From assembly GCA_035565575.1 (NCBI GenBank), contig DATMSE010000130.1:1107-65106 (forward strand): DNA of 64,000 bases, written 5' to 3'. The stretch is from Xanthobacteraceae bacterium. Its GTDB lineage: Bacteria > Pseudomonadota > Alphaproteobacteria > Rhizobiales > Xanthobacteraceae. Below the pieces are notes generated by a model. It had not been told where the DNA came from and made no database searches. It saw only the letters and a program-made list of their open reading frames with translations. Shown here piece by piece: positions 57,220-64,000 of the stretch (position 1 is its first letter; every line of letters begins with the position of its first letter). A program made the position numbers and the translations under genes.

Positions 57220-58095
57220 ATGGGGCACTTTGAACGCGACCCGCATACCGGGTACCTGACCACCGGTCACGAATGGAACGGCATCACCGAGCTCAACACG
57301 CCGGTGCCGAAAGTGATCTGGCTGTTCCTGATATCGACGGTGATCTTCGCCGTCGGCTACTGGATCCTGATGCCGACCTGGCCCCTGGGGCGCACCTATA
57401 CCAAGGGCCTGCTCGGTGACGATCAGCACCAGATCGTGGCGCAGTCGGTGAAGCAGGCGGCGCTCGCGCGCACCGTCTGGACCGACCGCATCGAGAAGGA
57501 AAGCTTCGCCGATATTCAGAAGGACGCGGCGCTGATGGACGTCGTGCGCAAGACCGGCCACACGCTGTTCGGCGACAACTGCGCCGTCTGCCACGGCCGC
57601 ACCGCGCAGGGCGGCAAGGGCTATCCGAATCTCACCACCTCGTCGTGGCTGTGGGGCGGCACGCCGGAGGCGATCTTCGAGACGATCCGCGTCGGCATCA
57701 ACTCGGCGCATCCGGAAACCCGCACCTCGCAGATGCCGGCCTTCGGCAAGGACGGCATGCTGCCGCGCGCCGACATCGAGAAGGTGATCGCCTTCGTGCG
57801 CAGCCTGTCGCCCGAGACCAAGGGCCTCGATGCCGCCACCGTTGCCGCCGGCAAGGAGCTGTTCGCGGCGAACTGCGCCTCCTGTCACGGCGAGGACGCC
57901 AAGGGCAACACCGAGATGGGGGCGCCGGATCTGACCGATGCCTACTGGATCTACGGCGGCGATCAGGCGTCGCTCGCGGCGACGCTGTGGGGCGGCCGGC
58001 AGGGCCATATGCCGACCTGGGAGAGCCGGCTGTCGGCGATCGATCGCAAAATCCTCGCGCTCTATCTGGTCGACCTGCGGAGCGGCAAGAAATGA
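57220..58095 (+). CDS. fixP: cbb3-type cytochrome c oxidase subunit III (diheme)
   Basis: Two heme motifs (CAVCHG and CASCHG) and an N-terminal TM. Confidence 0.95.
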   Translation: MGHFERDPHTGYLTTGHEWNGITELNTPVPKVIWLFLISTVIFAVGYWILMPTWPLGRTYTKGLLGDDQHQIVAQSVKQAALARTVWTDRIEKESFADIQKDAALMDVVRKTGHTLFGDNCAVCHGRTAQGGKGYPNLTTSSWLWGGTPEAIFETIRVGINSAHPETRTSQMPAFGKDGMLPRADIEKVIAFVRSLSPETKGLDAATVAAGKELFAANCASCHGEDAKGNTEMGAPDLTDAYWIYGGDQASLAATLWGGRQGHMPTWESRLSAIDRKILALYLVDLRSGKK

Positions 58096-58298
58096 GCTCG
58101 GAGACCACGATGCGACGCGGACGCGGCTGGATCTGGCTGATGGTGGGCGCCGGCCTCGCGCTGGTGATCGGCGCCAACTGGCACCTCGTCCATGTCGCCG
58201 TCAGCTCGCAGCCGGATTGCGTCGCCCATGTGCGCGGCGGCGCGGCCGGTTCGCCCGGCGCGTTCAGCGCGGCGAAATCGTCGTGCACACCCCGTTGA
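58092..58298 (+). CDS. small membrane protein (68 aa) with a FixH/CcoH-like N-terminal TM only
   Basis: ATG 58092 overlaps the fixP stop (ATGA). GRGWIWLMVGAGLALVIGANWHLVHVAVSS resembles the FixH N-terminal anchor, but the roughly 100-aa periplasmic domain is missing. Confidence 0.5.
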   Translation: MSSETTMRRGRGWIWLMVGAGLALVIGANWHLVHVAVSSQPDCVAHVRGGAAGSPGAFSAAKSSCTPR

Positions 58299-58330
58299 CC
58301 CGATTTGTTTTCGCATGATGAGGCTCTGAC

Positions 58331-59140
58331 GTGACCGACACCGAACCCTCACCGATCATCATTCCGCCCGTTCTCGCGCCGCTGCCGGTGAATCACCGCT
58401 GGAAGCGCGGACTGACATCGGCCGATGCCTTTAGATGGCTGGCGCTGGGCTGGCGCGACTTCTGCACCCGGCCGGGACCCAGCATCGTCTACGGGCTGTT
58501 CGTATTCCTGCTGTCGGCGGCGATCGTCTACGGCCTGTTCAAGTTCGAACTGGATTACATCCTGTTTCCGGCGCTGGCCGGCTTCATGGTGGTGGGCCCG
58601 ATCCTCGCGGTCGGCCCCTATGCCAAGAGCCGGCAAATCGCCGAGGGCAAACCCGTCAGCCTGTTCAACATGATCTTCGTGCGGCCGGCGGCGGGCGCGC
58701 AGATCATGTTCACCGGCGTGCTGCTGTGCCTGCTGATGCTGGTGTGGATGCGCGCCGCGGTGATCGTCTATGCGTTGTTCTTCGGCCTGGTGCCGTTCCC
58801 CGGCCTCGATCACATCGCGCAGATGCTGTTCGGCACCCCGACCGGCTGGGCGATGCTGTTCGTCGGCAGCGTGGTGGGCGCGCTGTTCGCCGCGTTCTCG
58901 TTCGGCATCAGCGCCTTCTCGATCCCGATGCAGCTCGATCAGCGCGTCGATGCGCTGACCGCGATGGGCTCCAGCATGGCGCTGGTCTGGCACAACCTCG
59001 CCGCAATGCTGACCTGGGCCGCGATCATGCTGGCGCTGATTCTGTTCAGCATCGCCACCGGCCTGCTCGGATTGATCGTGGTGTTTCCGGTTCTCGGCCA
59101 TGGCACCTGGCATGCCTATCGGGCCGTGAAGCCGTCATGA
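58331..59140 (+). CDS. DUF2189 domain integral membrane protein
   Basis: GTG start after GAGG. The pattern FRWLALGWRDF...GPSIVYGL..F ... FPALAGFMVVGPILAVGPY recalls DUF2189/COG5473. Confidence 0.7.
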   Translation: MTDTEPSPIIIPPVLAPLPVNHRWKRGLTSADAFRWLALGWRDFCTRPGPSIVYGLFVFLLSAAIVYGLFKFELDYILFPALAGFMVVGPILAVGPYAKSRQIAEGKPVSLFNMIFVRPAAGAQIMFTGVLLCLLMLVWMRAAVIVYALFFGLVPFPGLDHIAQMLFGTPTGWAMLFVGSVVGALFAAFSFGISAFSIPMQLDQRVDALTAMGSSMALVWHNLAAMLTWAAIMLALILFSIATGLLGLIVVFPVLGHGTWHAYRAVKPS

Positions 59141-59195
59141 GCCGGCGGTCTCCGGCGAGGGCCGGAGGCGTTCGCCGGCAGAAGTGGAGCGTGCG

Positions 59196-61463
59196 ATGAG
59201 TTGTTGCGCCCCTGGCAGCGAGGTCGCATTCGGCGGCGATGCCGCGAGCCGCGCCGAGGAAGTGCGGCTGGCGAGCCGTCCGGTCGGCGACGGCATCCGC
59301 CAGACCGACCTGTCGGTGCCCGGCATGCATTGCGGCGGCTGCATTCAGGCGGTCGAGCGCGCGCTGAATGCCCTTCCGGGGGTCGAAGCCGCCCGCGTGA
59401 ATCTGTCCAGCAGGCGCGCCACCATCCGCTGGCATGAGGACGCCGCGCCGCCGCCGTTCATCGCGGCGCTGCGCGATATCGGCTATGACGCGCATCTGTT
59501 CGATCCCGGCGCCGAGCGCAAGGACAATACGCTCAGCGAATTGTTGCGCGCGCTGGCGGTGGCCGGCTTCGCCGCCAGCAACATCATGCTGCTGTCGGTC
59601 TCGGTATGGGCCGGCGCCGACCCGACCACGCGCGACCTGTTTCACGGCATCTCGGCGCTGATCGCGCTGCCGGCGCTGGCCTATTCCGGACGCGTGTTCT
59701 TCCGCTCGGCGTGGAGCGCGCTCAAGCACGGCCGCACCAACATGGACGTGCCGATCTCGATCGGCGTCATCATGGCCTTCGGCCTCAGCCTTTATGAGAC
59801 GCTGCATCACGGCGCACATGCCTACTTCGATGCGTCCGTCACGCTGCTGTTCTTCCTGCTGATCGGCCGCACGCTCGATCACCTGATGCGCGAACGCGCG
59901 CGCACCGCCGTGAAGGGCCTCGCGCAACTGGCGGCCCGCGGCGCGCTGGTGGCGCAGCCGGACGGCAGCAACGTCTATCTGCCGGTGAACGACATTCAGA
60001 TCGGCATGACGGTGCTGCTGGCGGCGGGCGAGCGCGTGCCGGTGGACGGACGCGTCACCAGCGGCCAGTCCGATATCGACCGCTCGCTGCTCACCGGCGA
60101 AAGCGCGCCGGTGCAGGTCGCGCCGGGCGCGCTGCTGCAGGCCGGCACGCTGAACCTCACAGGCCCGCTGACGCTGATCGCCACCGCCGTCGCGCGCGAT
60201 TCGTTCCTTGCGGAAATGATGCGGCTGATGGAGACGGCGGAAGCCGGCCGCTCCGCCTATCGCCGCATCGCCGACCGCGCCTCGCGGCTTTATGCGCCGG
60301 TGGTGCATGCCGCCGCGTTGCTGACCATGATCGGCTGGCTGATCGCCACCGGCGATCTGCATCGCGCGGTGACGATCGCGATTGCCGTGCTCATCATCAC
60401 CTGCCCCTGCGCGCTCGGCCTCGCAGTGCCGATGGTGCAGGTGATGGCGGCGCGGCGGCTGTTCGAACGCGGCATGCTGCTGAAGGACGGCGGCGCGCTG
60501 GAGCGGCTCGCCGAGATCGACACCGTGGTGTTCGACAAGACCGGCACGCTCACGCTCGGCCAGCCGCGCCTGCTGCATCCGGAATCGATCGACGCCGATG
60601 CGCTCGGCATCGCGGCGGCGATGGCGACGCATTCGCGCCATCCGTATTCCCGCGCGCTGGCCGCGGCGGGCGCGGTGATTGCATCGCCGCTCGACGCGGG
60701 CGCGGTCGCGGAAATTCCGGGCGCGGGGCTGGAAGCGCGCATCGGCGCGCATGTCTATCGCCTCGGCCGCGCAAGCTGGGCGCTGTCGCAACCCGACGGC
60801 GACGCGGTTGACCACGCCAATGTCGTGCTGTCGCGCGACGGACAACCTGTGGCGCGCTTCGCATTCGAAGACCGGCTGCGCGACGGTGCGCGGACCGCGA
60901 TCGCCGACCTCGCCGCGCGCGGCTTCGTCATCGAGGTGCTGTCCGGCGACCGCGACGACGCGGTGCGCCGCATCGCCGATGATCTCGGCGCGCGGCATCT
61001 GTCCGAAGTCTCGCCGGCCGGCAAGGTCACGCGTATCAGCGATATCGAAGCGAGCGGCCATCGCGTGCTGATGGTCGGCGACGGCCTCAACGACGCGCCG
61101 GCGCTCGCCGCCGCGCATGCGTCGATGGCGCCGGCCTCGGCCGCCGACGTCGGCCGCAACGCCGCCGATCTGGTGTTTCTGCACCAAAGCCTGCGCGCGG
61201 TTCCCGAAGCGATCGGTCTCGCCCGAAATGCCGCGCGGCTGGTGCAACAAAACCTCGCGCTGGCGATTGGATATAATGTGATCGCGGTGCCGATCGCAGT
61301 GTCGGGCTATGTGACGCCGCTGATCGCCGCGGTGGCGATGTCGTCGTCGTCGCTCATCGTGATCGCCAATGCGTTGCGGCTGCGCGGCACCACGCGCACC
61401 AAGGGCGCGGACTCGGCCGCCGCAGCCATCGTCGCGCAACCAGTGATGGGAAAAAGCGCATGA
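59196..61463 (+). CDS. fixI: copper-translocating P1B-type ATPase FixI/CcoI
   Basis: HMA domain (GMHCGGC), CPC (ITCPCALG), DKTGTLT and GDGLNDAP. GTGGAG RBS before ATG 59196. Confidence 0.93.
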   Translation: MSCCAPGSEVAFGGDAASRAEEVRLASRPVGDGIRQTDLSVPGMHCGGCIQAVERALNALPGVEAARVNLSSRRATIRWHEDAAPPPFIAALRDIGYDAHLFDPGAERKDNTLSELLRALAVAGFAASNIMLLSVSVWAGADPTTRDLFHGISALIALPALAYSGRVFFRSAWSALKHGRTNMDVPISIGVIMAFGLSLYETLHHGAHAYFDASVTLLFFLLIGRTLDHLMRERARTAVKGLAQLAARGALVAQPDGSNVYLPVNDIQIGMTVLLAAGERVPVDGRVTSGQSDIDRSLLTGESAPVQVAPGALLQAGTLNLTGPLTLIATAVARDSFLAEMMRLMETAEAGRSAYRRIADRASRLYAPVVHAAALLTMIGWLIATGDLHRAVTIAIAVLIITCPCALGLAVPMVQVMAARRLFERGMLLKDGGALERLAEIDTVVFDKTGTLTLGQPRLLHPESIDADALGIAAAMATHSRHPYSRALAAAGAVIASPLDAGAVAEIPGAGLEARIGAHVYRLGRASWALSQPDGDAVDHANVVLSRDGQPVARFAFEDRLRDGARTAIADLAARGFVIEVLSGDRDDAVRRIADDLGARHLSEVSPAGKVTRISDIEASGHRVLMVGDGLNDAPALAAAHASMAPASAADVGRNAADLVFLHQSLRAVPEAIGLARNAARLVQQNLALAIGYNVIAVPIAVSGYVTPLIAAVAMSSSSLIVIANALRLRGTTRTKGADSAAAAIVAQPVMGKSA

Positions 61464-61636
61464 CCGATTTTCTGTATCTGGTGCCGATCGCCCTGGCGCT
61501 CGGCCTCGCCGGCCTCGCCGCCTTCATGTGGGCGCTGCGCAGCGGCCAGTATGACGACCTCGACGGCGCCGCCGAACGGATTCTCATCGACGAGGATAAG
61601 CCGCTGCCGCAGAAGCACTCGGCGCGAAAATCATAA
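61460..61636 (+). CDS. fixS: cbb3 oxidase maturation protein FixS/CcoS (58 aa; absent from the ORF track)
   Basis: ATG 61460 overlaps the fixI stop (ATGA). MTDFLYLVPIALALGLAGLAAFMWALRSGQYDDLDGAAERILIDED matches the CcoS pattern (W...SGQ.DDL.G...RIL.D). Confidence 0.85.
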   Translation: MTDFLYLVPIALALGLAGLAAFMWALRSGQYDDLDGAAERILIDEDKPLPQKHSARKS

Positions 61637-61682
61637 ACACGGATGACGTTGGTGGGGCACACAACGGTGCCACGATCACAAT

Positions 61683-61715
61683 GTCGTCCCCGCGCAGGCG
61701 GGGACCCACAACCCC
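61683..61715 (-). repeat. REP-like hairpin repeat, family A (inverted copy)
   Basis: Exact 33-nt reverse complement of 46549-46581. Confidence 0.8.
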
Positions 61716-61789
61716 AGTGATCGTTGGGATCGCAGACATGTCAAGAGAAATGCAACAGGCAGTCCCGACACTATTACGGCTGCGGCGTA

Positions 61790-61815
61790 TGGGTCCCCCG
61801 CCTGCGCGGGGACGA
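61790..61815 (+). repeat. REP-like hairpin repeat, family A (third copy, one extra C)
   Basis: TGGGTCCCCCGCCTGCGCGGGGACGA. Forms an inverted pair with 61683-61715, 74 nt apart. Confidence 0.75.
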
Positions 61816-61869
61816 TGGTTTTCGTGTTGCACGTCTGCGCAAAAGAGCTTTCGAAAATCCTCGAGACGT

Positions 61870-61900
61870 CGTCATGCCCGGGCTTGTCCCGGGCATGACG
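61870..61900. repeat. REP-like hairpin, family B (CGTCATGCCCGGG-CTTGT-CCCGGGCATGACG)
   Basis: 13-bp perfect stem with the same CGTCATGCCCGG...CTTGT core as 53568-53601. Confidence 0.75.
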
Positions 61901-61944
61901 GAATAATAACCACAGCGAATTGAAGGATGCATCCGTAAGACCTG

Positions 61945-62640
61945 TTACGCCGCCATCGCCTGCGGCGGGGCGAGCGTCTGCCAGCTCTCCGCGAGGTGCA
62001 GCTTCGGCTCGGTCATCGTCTGCAAAAGCTCCAGCGTCATGCCGGGGATCATTTCCAGCACCATGAGGCCCTTCGCCGTCACGTCGATTACCGCGAGGTC
62101 GGTGTAGATGCGCTTGACCACACCGGGCGCGGTGAGCGGCAGCGAGCAGCGCTTGAGGATGCGCGGCGATCCGCTCTTGTGGGTGTGCGCCATCAGCACG
62201 CGGATTTCGCGCGCGCCGACCGCGAGATCCATGGCGCCGCCGACGCCGGGCGGGAACGCCGGGTCCTCGGTGGTCCAGTTGGCGAGATCGCCGGTCTCCG
62301 ACACCTCGAACGCGCCCAGCAGGCTGACATCGAGATGGCCGCCGCGGATCATCAGGAAGGCGTCGGCGTGATGCACATAGCAGCCGCCGGTGACCAGTGT
62401 GGAGAGATTCTTGCCCGCGTCAGTGATGTTGGGATCTTCCTCACCCGGCTTCGGCTTCGGCCCGAGGCCGATCACGCCATTCTCGCTGTGGAAGATCACC
62501 TCGCGGCCCGCCGGCACATAGCTCGCCGCCAGCGTCGGAATGCCGATGCCGAGATTGACGAAACACCCCTCCGGCAGATCCTGCGCGGCGCGCCATGCCA
62601 TCTGGTCGCGGGTGAGCCGGGTGTAAGCTGGCGATGTCAT
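61945..62640 (-). CDS. pcaJ: 3-oxoacid/3-oxoadipate CoA-transferase subunit B
   Basis: 231 aa with the SENG active-site region (VIFHSENGVIGLGP). ATGA overlap with the subunit A stop. Confidence 0.88.
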   Translation of the reverse strand: MTSPAYTRLTRDQMAWRAAQDLPEGCFVNLGIGIPTLAASYVPAGREVIFHSENGVIGLGPKPKPGEEDPNITDAGKNLSTLVTGGCYVHHADAFLMIRGGHLDVSLLGAFEVSETGDLANWTTEDPAFPPGVGGAMDLAVGAREIRVLMAHTHKSGSPRILKRCSLPLTAPGVVKRIYTDLAVIDVTAKGLMVLEMIPGMTLELLQTMTEPKLHLAESWQTLAPPQAMAA

Positions 62641-63308
62641 GCATTTCCTCCCACAACGACGACACGGTCGATGAACACGCCCGGCGTCGCCACCGCTTCC
62701 GGATCGAGCGCGCCGAGATCGACCATCTCGTCGACCTCGACGATGGACAGCTCGGCCGCCATCGCCATCACCGGATTGAAATTCCGCGCCGACTTCAGAT
62801 AAGTCAGGTTGCCCCAGCGGTCGGCCTTGTTCGCTTTCAAGAGCGCGACGTCGCCGCGCAGCGGCTTCTCGAACACATGCAGCCGGCCGTCGATCTCGCG
62901 CGTTTCCTTGCCCTCGGCCAGCTTCGTGTGCGCCGACACCGGCGAGAAGAAGCCGCCGAGCCCGGCGGCGGCGGCCCGCATCCGCTCGCTGATGGTGCCC
63001 TGCGGCACCAGTTCCAGTTCCAGCGTCTTGGCCTTGTAGGCGTTGAGGAATGCGCTGTAATCGCCGGAGCGCGGATAGGAGCAGATCACCTTGCGCACGC
63101 GGCCGGAATTGATCAGCCGCGCCAGCCCGTAATCGCCGTTGCCGGAATTGTTGGCGACGATGGTGAGGTCCTTCGCGCCCTGATCGTGCAGCGCTTCCAG
63201 CAGATGATCGGCGACGCCGACGATTCCGAACCCTGCCACCAATACCGTTGATCCATCACGGATGCCGGCAACGGCCTCCTCCACCGACTTCACACGCTTG
63301 TCGATCAC
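62637..63308 (-). CDS. pcaI: 3-oxoacid/3-oxoadipate CoA-transferase subunit A
   Basis: Trimmed to GTG 63308 (V/MIDKRVKSVEEAVAGIRDGSTVLVAGFG) with GGAG 8 nt upstream. The 100-codon upstream extension is compositionally non-coding. Confidence 0.85.
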   Translation of the reverse strand: MIDKRVKSVEEAVAGIRDGSTVLVAGFGIVGVADHLLEALHDQGAKDLTIVANNSGNGDYGLARLINSGRVRKVICSYPRSGDYSAFLNAYKAKTLELELVPQGTISERMRAAAAGLGGFFSPVSAHTKLAEGKETREIDGRLHVFEKPLRGDVALLKANKADRWGNLTYLKSARNFNPVMAMAAELSIVEVDEMVDLGALDPEAVATPGVFIDRVVVVGGNA

Positions 63309-63628
63309 CTCGAACTCCAGCCTCGAACCGCAAATTGATGCGAGGCACACTAGGCAGAAACGCCGCAGCGGGCAAACACTCGTGAAGCGGATTTGGCATT
63401 CGCGCGCCGCATCGCTCGCGGCTGCGAAGCACGCCTTCGGGAGGATTTCGCCCGCGATTTTCGCGACAAGGAATTGAACCGGCATCCGTGCAATCCCTGT
63501 ATGCGGTTCCGCGGCTTGAGGGCGCAGCGCGTTGCGGCCAAAACCGGCTTGTGCGATAGGCCATCCGAGCCGACAATCAATGCAAGCGGGACGCGCGGAC
63601 GCATCCTGCCTCAAGACAGGGAGTGGAC

Positions 63629-64000
63629 GTGACCGACACCGTGACCACGCGTGATCCGCAGACCAGCGCCGTATCGCAGCCGATCACCGGCCCGCTGAAG
63701 GGCGTGCGCATCGTCGAATTCGCCGGCATCGGACCGGGACCCTTCGCCTGCATGATGCTGGCCGACATGGGCGCCGAGGTCATCACGCTCGACCGCGTCG
63801 GCGCCAACAAGAATCTCAAGTCGGTGGCGGGACGCGGCCGCAAGGTCATCGAGCTCGACCTCAAGGACAAGGCATCGATCGCGCAGGCGCTCGATCTGCT
63901 CGCCCATGCCGATGCGTTGATCGAGGGCTTCCGCCCCGGCGTGATGGAGCGCCTCGGCCTCGGCCCGGACGTGGTGCTGGCGCGCAATCCGCGCCTCGTC
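63629..64000 (+). CDS. family III (CaiB/BaiF) CoA-transferase / alpha-methylacyl-CoA racemase-like, 5' partial
   Basis: GTG 63629. [30 protein letters not shown] ... [16 protein letters not shown] is the diagnostic N-terminus. Runs off the window end. Confidence 0.85.
   Translation, partial: MTDTVTTRDPQTSAVSQPITGPLKGVRIVEFAGIGPGPFACMMLADMGAEVITLDRVGANKNLKSVAGRGRKVIELDLKDKASIAQALDLLAHADALIEGFRPGVMERLGLGPDVVLARNPRLV

Noticed and set aside
59046-61439. 797-aa ORF antisense to fixI
   Set aside because: The translation is low-complexity and Arg/Ala-rich. The opposite strand carries all P-type ATPase signature motifs.

Overview
High-GC (~65%) chromosomal segment that looks alpha-proteobacterial. 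The gene content and the GC-rich hairpin repeats that give spurious 'RLRGDD' and 'MPGLVPG' ORFs suggest a Bradyrhizobium/Rhodopseudomonas/Afipia-like Nitrobacteraceae genome; this origin is inference only. I support about 59 protein-coding genes. I found no rRNA, tRNA, CRISPR, transposase, integrase or phage genes. Many long ORFs in the six-frame track are antisense or out-of-frame high-GC artefacts, and many true genes needed 5' trimming. Gene order: marR-emrAB efflux; pcaF-pcaHG (protocatechuate branch); mutS; a sulfonate/nitrate-type ABC importer; glnD; ogt; a Liv-type binding protein; PBP1A; phaZ; regS/regR (RegB/RegA-type redox two-component system); mmcB; a secreted vWA protein; htpX; a P450; a class III cyclase; an SDR-cupin pair; fpr. 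Two regions stand out. (1) 34.9-50.6 kb holds a candidate hybrid nicotinate/N-heterocycle catabolic supercluster. It contains NicA/NicB-like Mo-hydroxylase genes (NicB fused to a triheme cytochrome c) and a divergent, translationally coupled operon: 6-hydroxynicotinate-reductase-like, UPF0280 (ApbE-superfamily), two tandem DUF1185 'amino acid synthesis' paralogs, a Liv-type ABC importer and MarR. A convergent enamidase-like amidohydrolase is also present. Matching GTATAC-core palindromes sit in both flanking promoter regions. (2) 50.6-61.6 kb is a nitric-oxide/microoxic respiratory island: nnrS, an NnrR-like Crp/Fnr regulator, an alternative oxidase, pseudoazurin and fixNOQP. Each transcription unit is preceded by a TTGCG-N4-CGCAA box (three perfect, one 9/10). 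An atypical accessory set follows fixP: a 68-aa FixH-like stub, DUF2189, fixI and fixS, with no fixG and no full fixH. fixQ (57 aa) and fixS (58 aa) are real genes missing from the ORF track. The window ends with pcaIJ and a partial family III CoA-transferase. Three families of REP-like hairpin repeats occupy several spacers.
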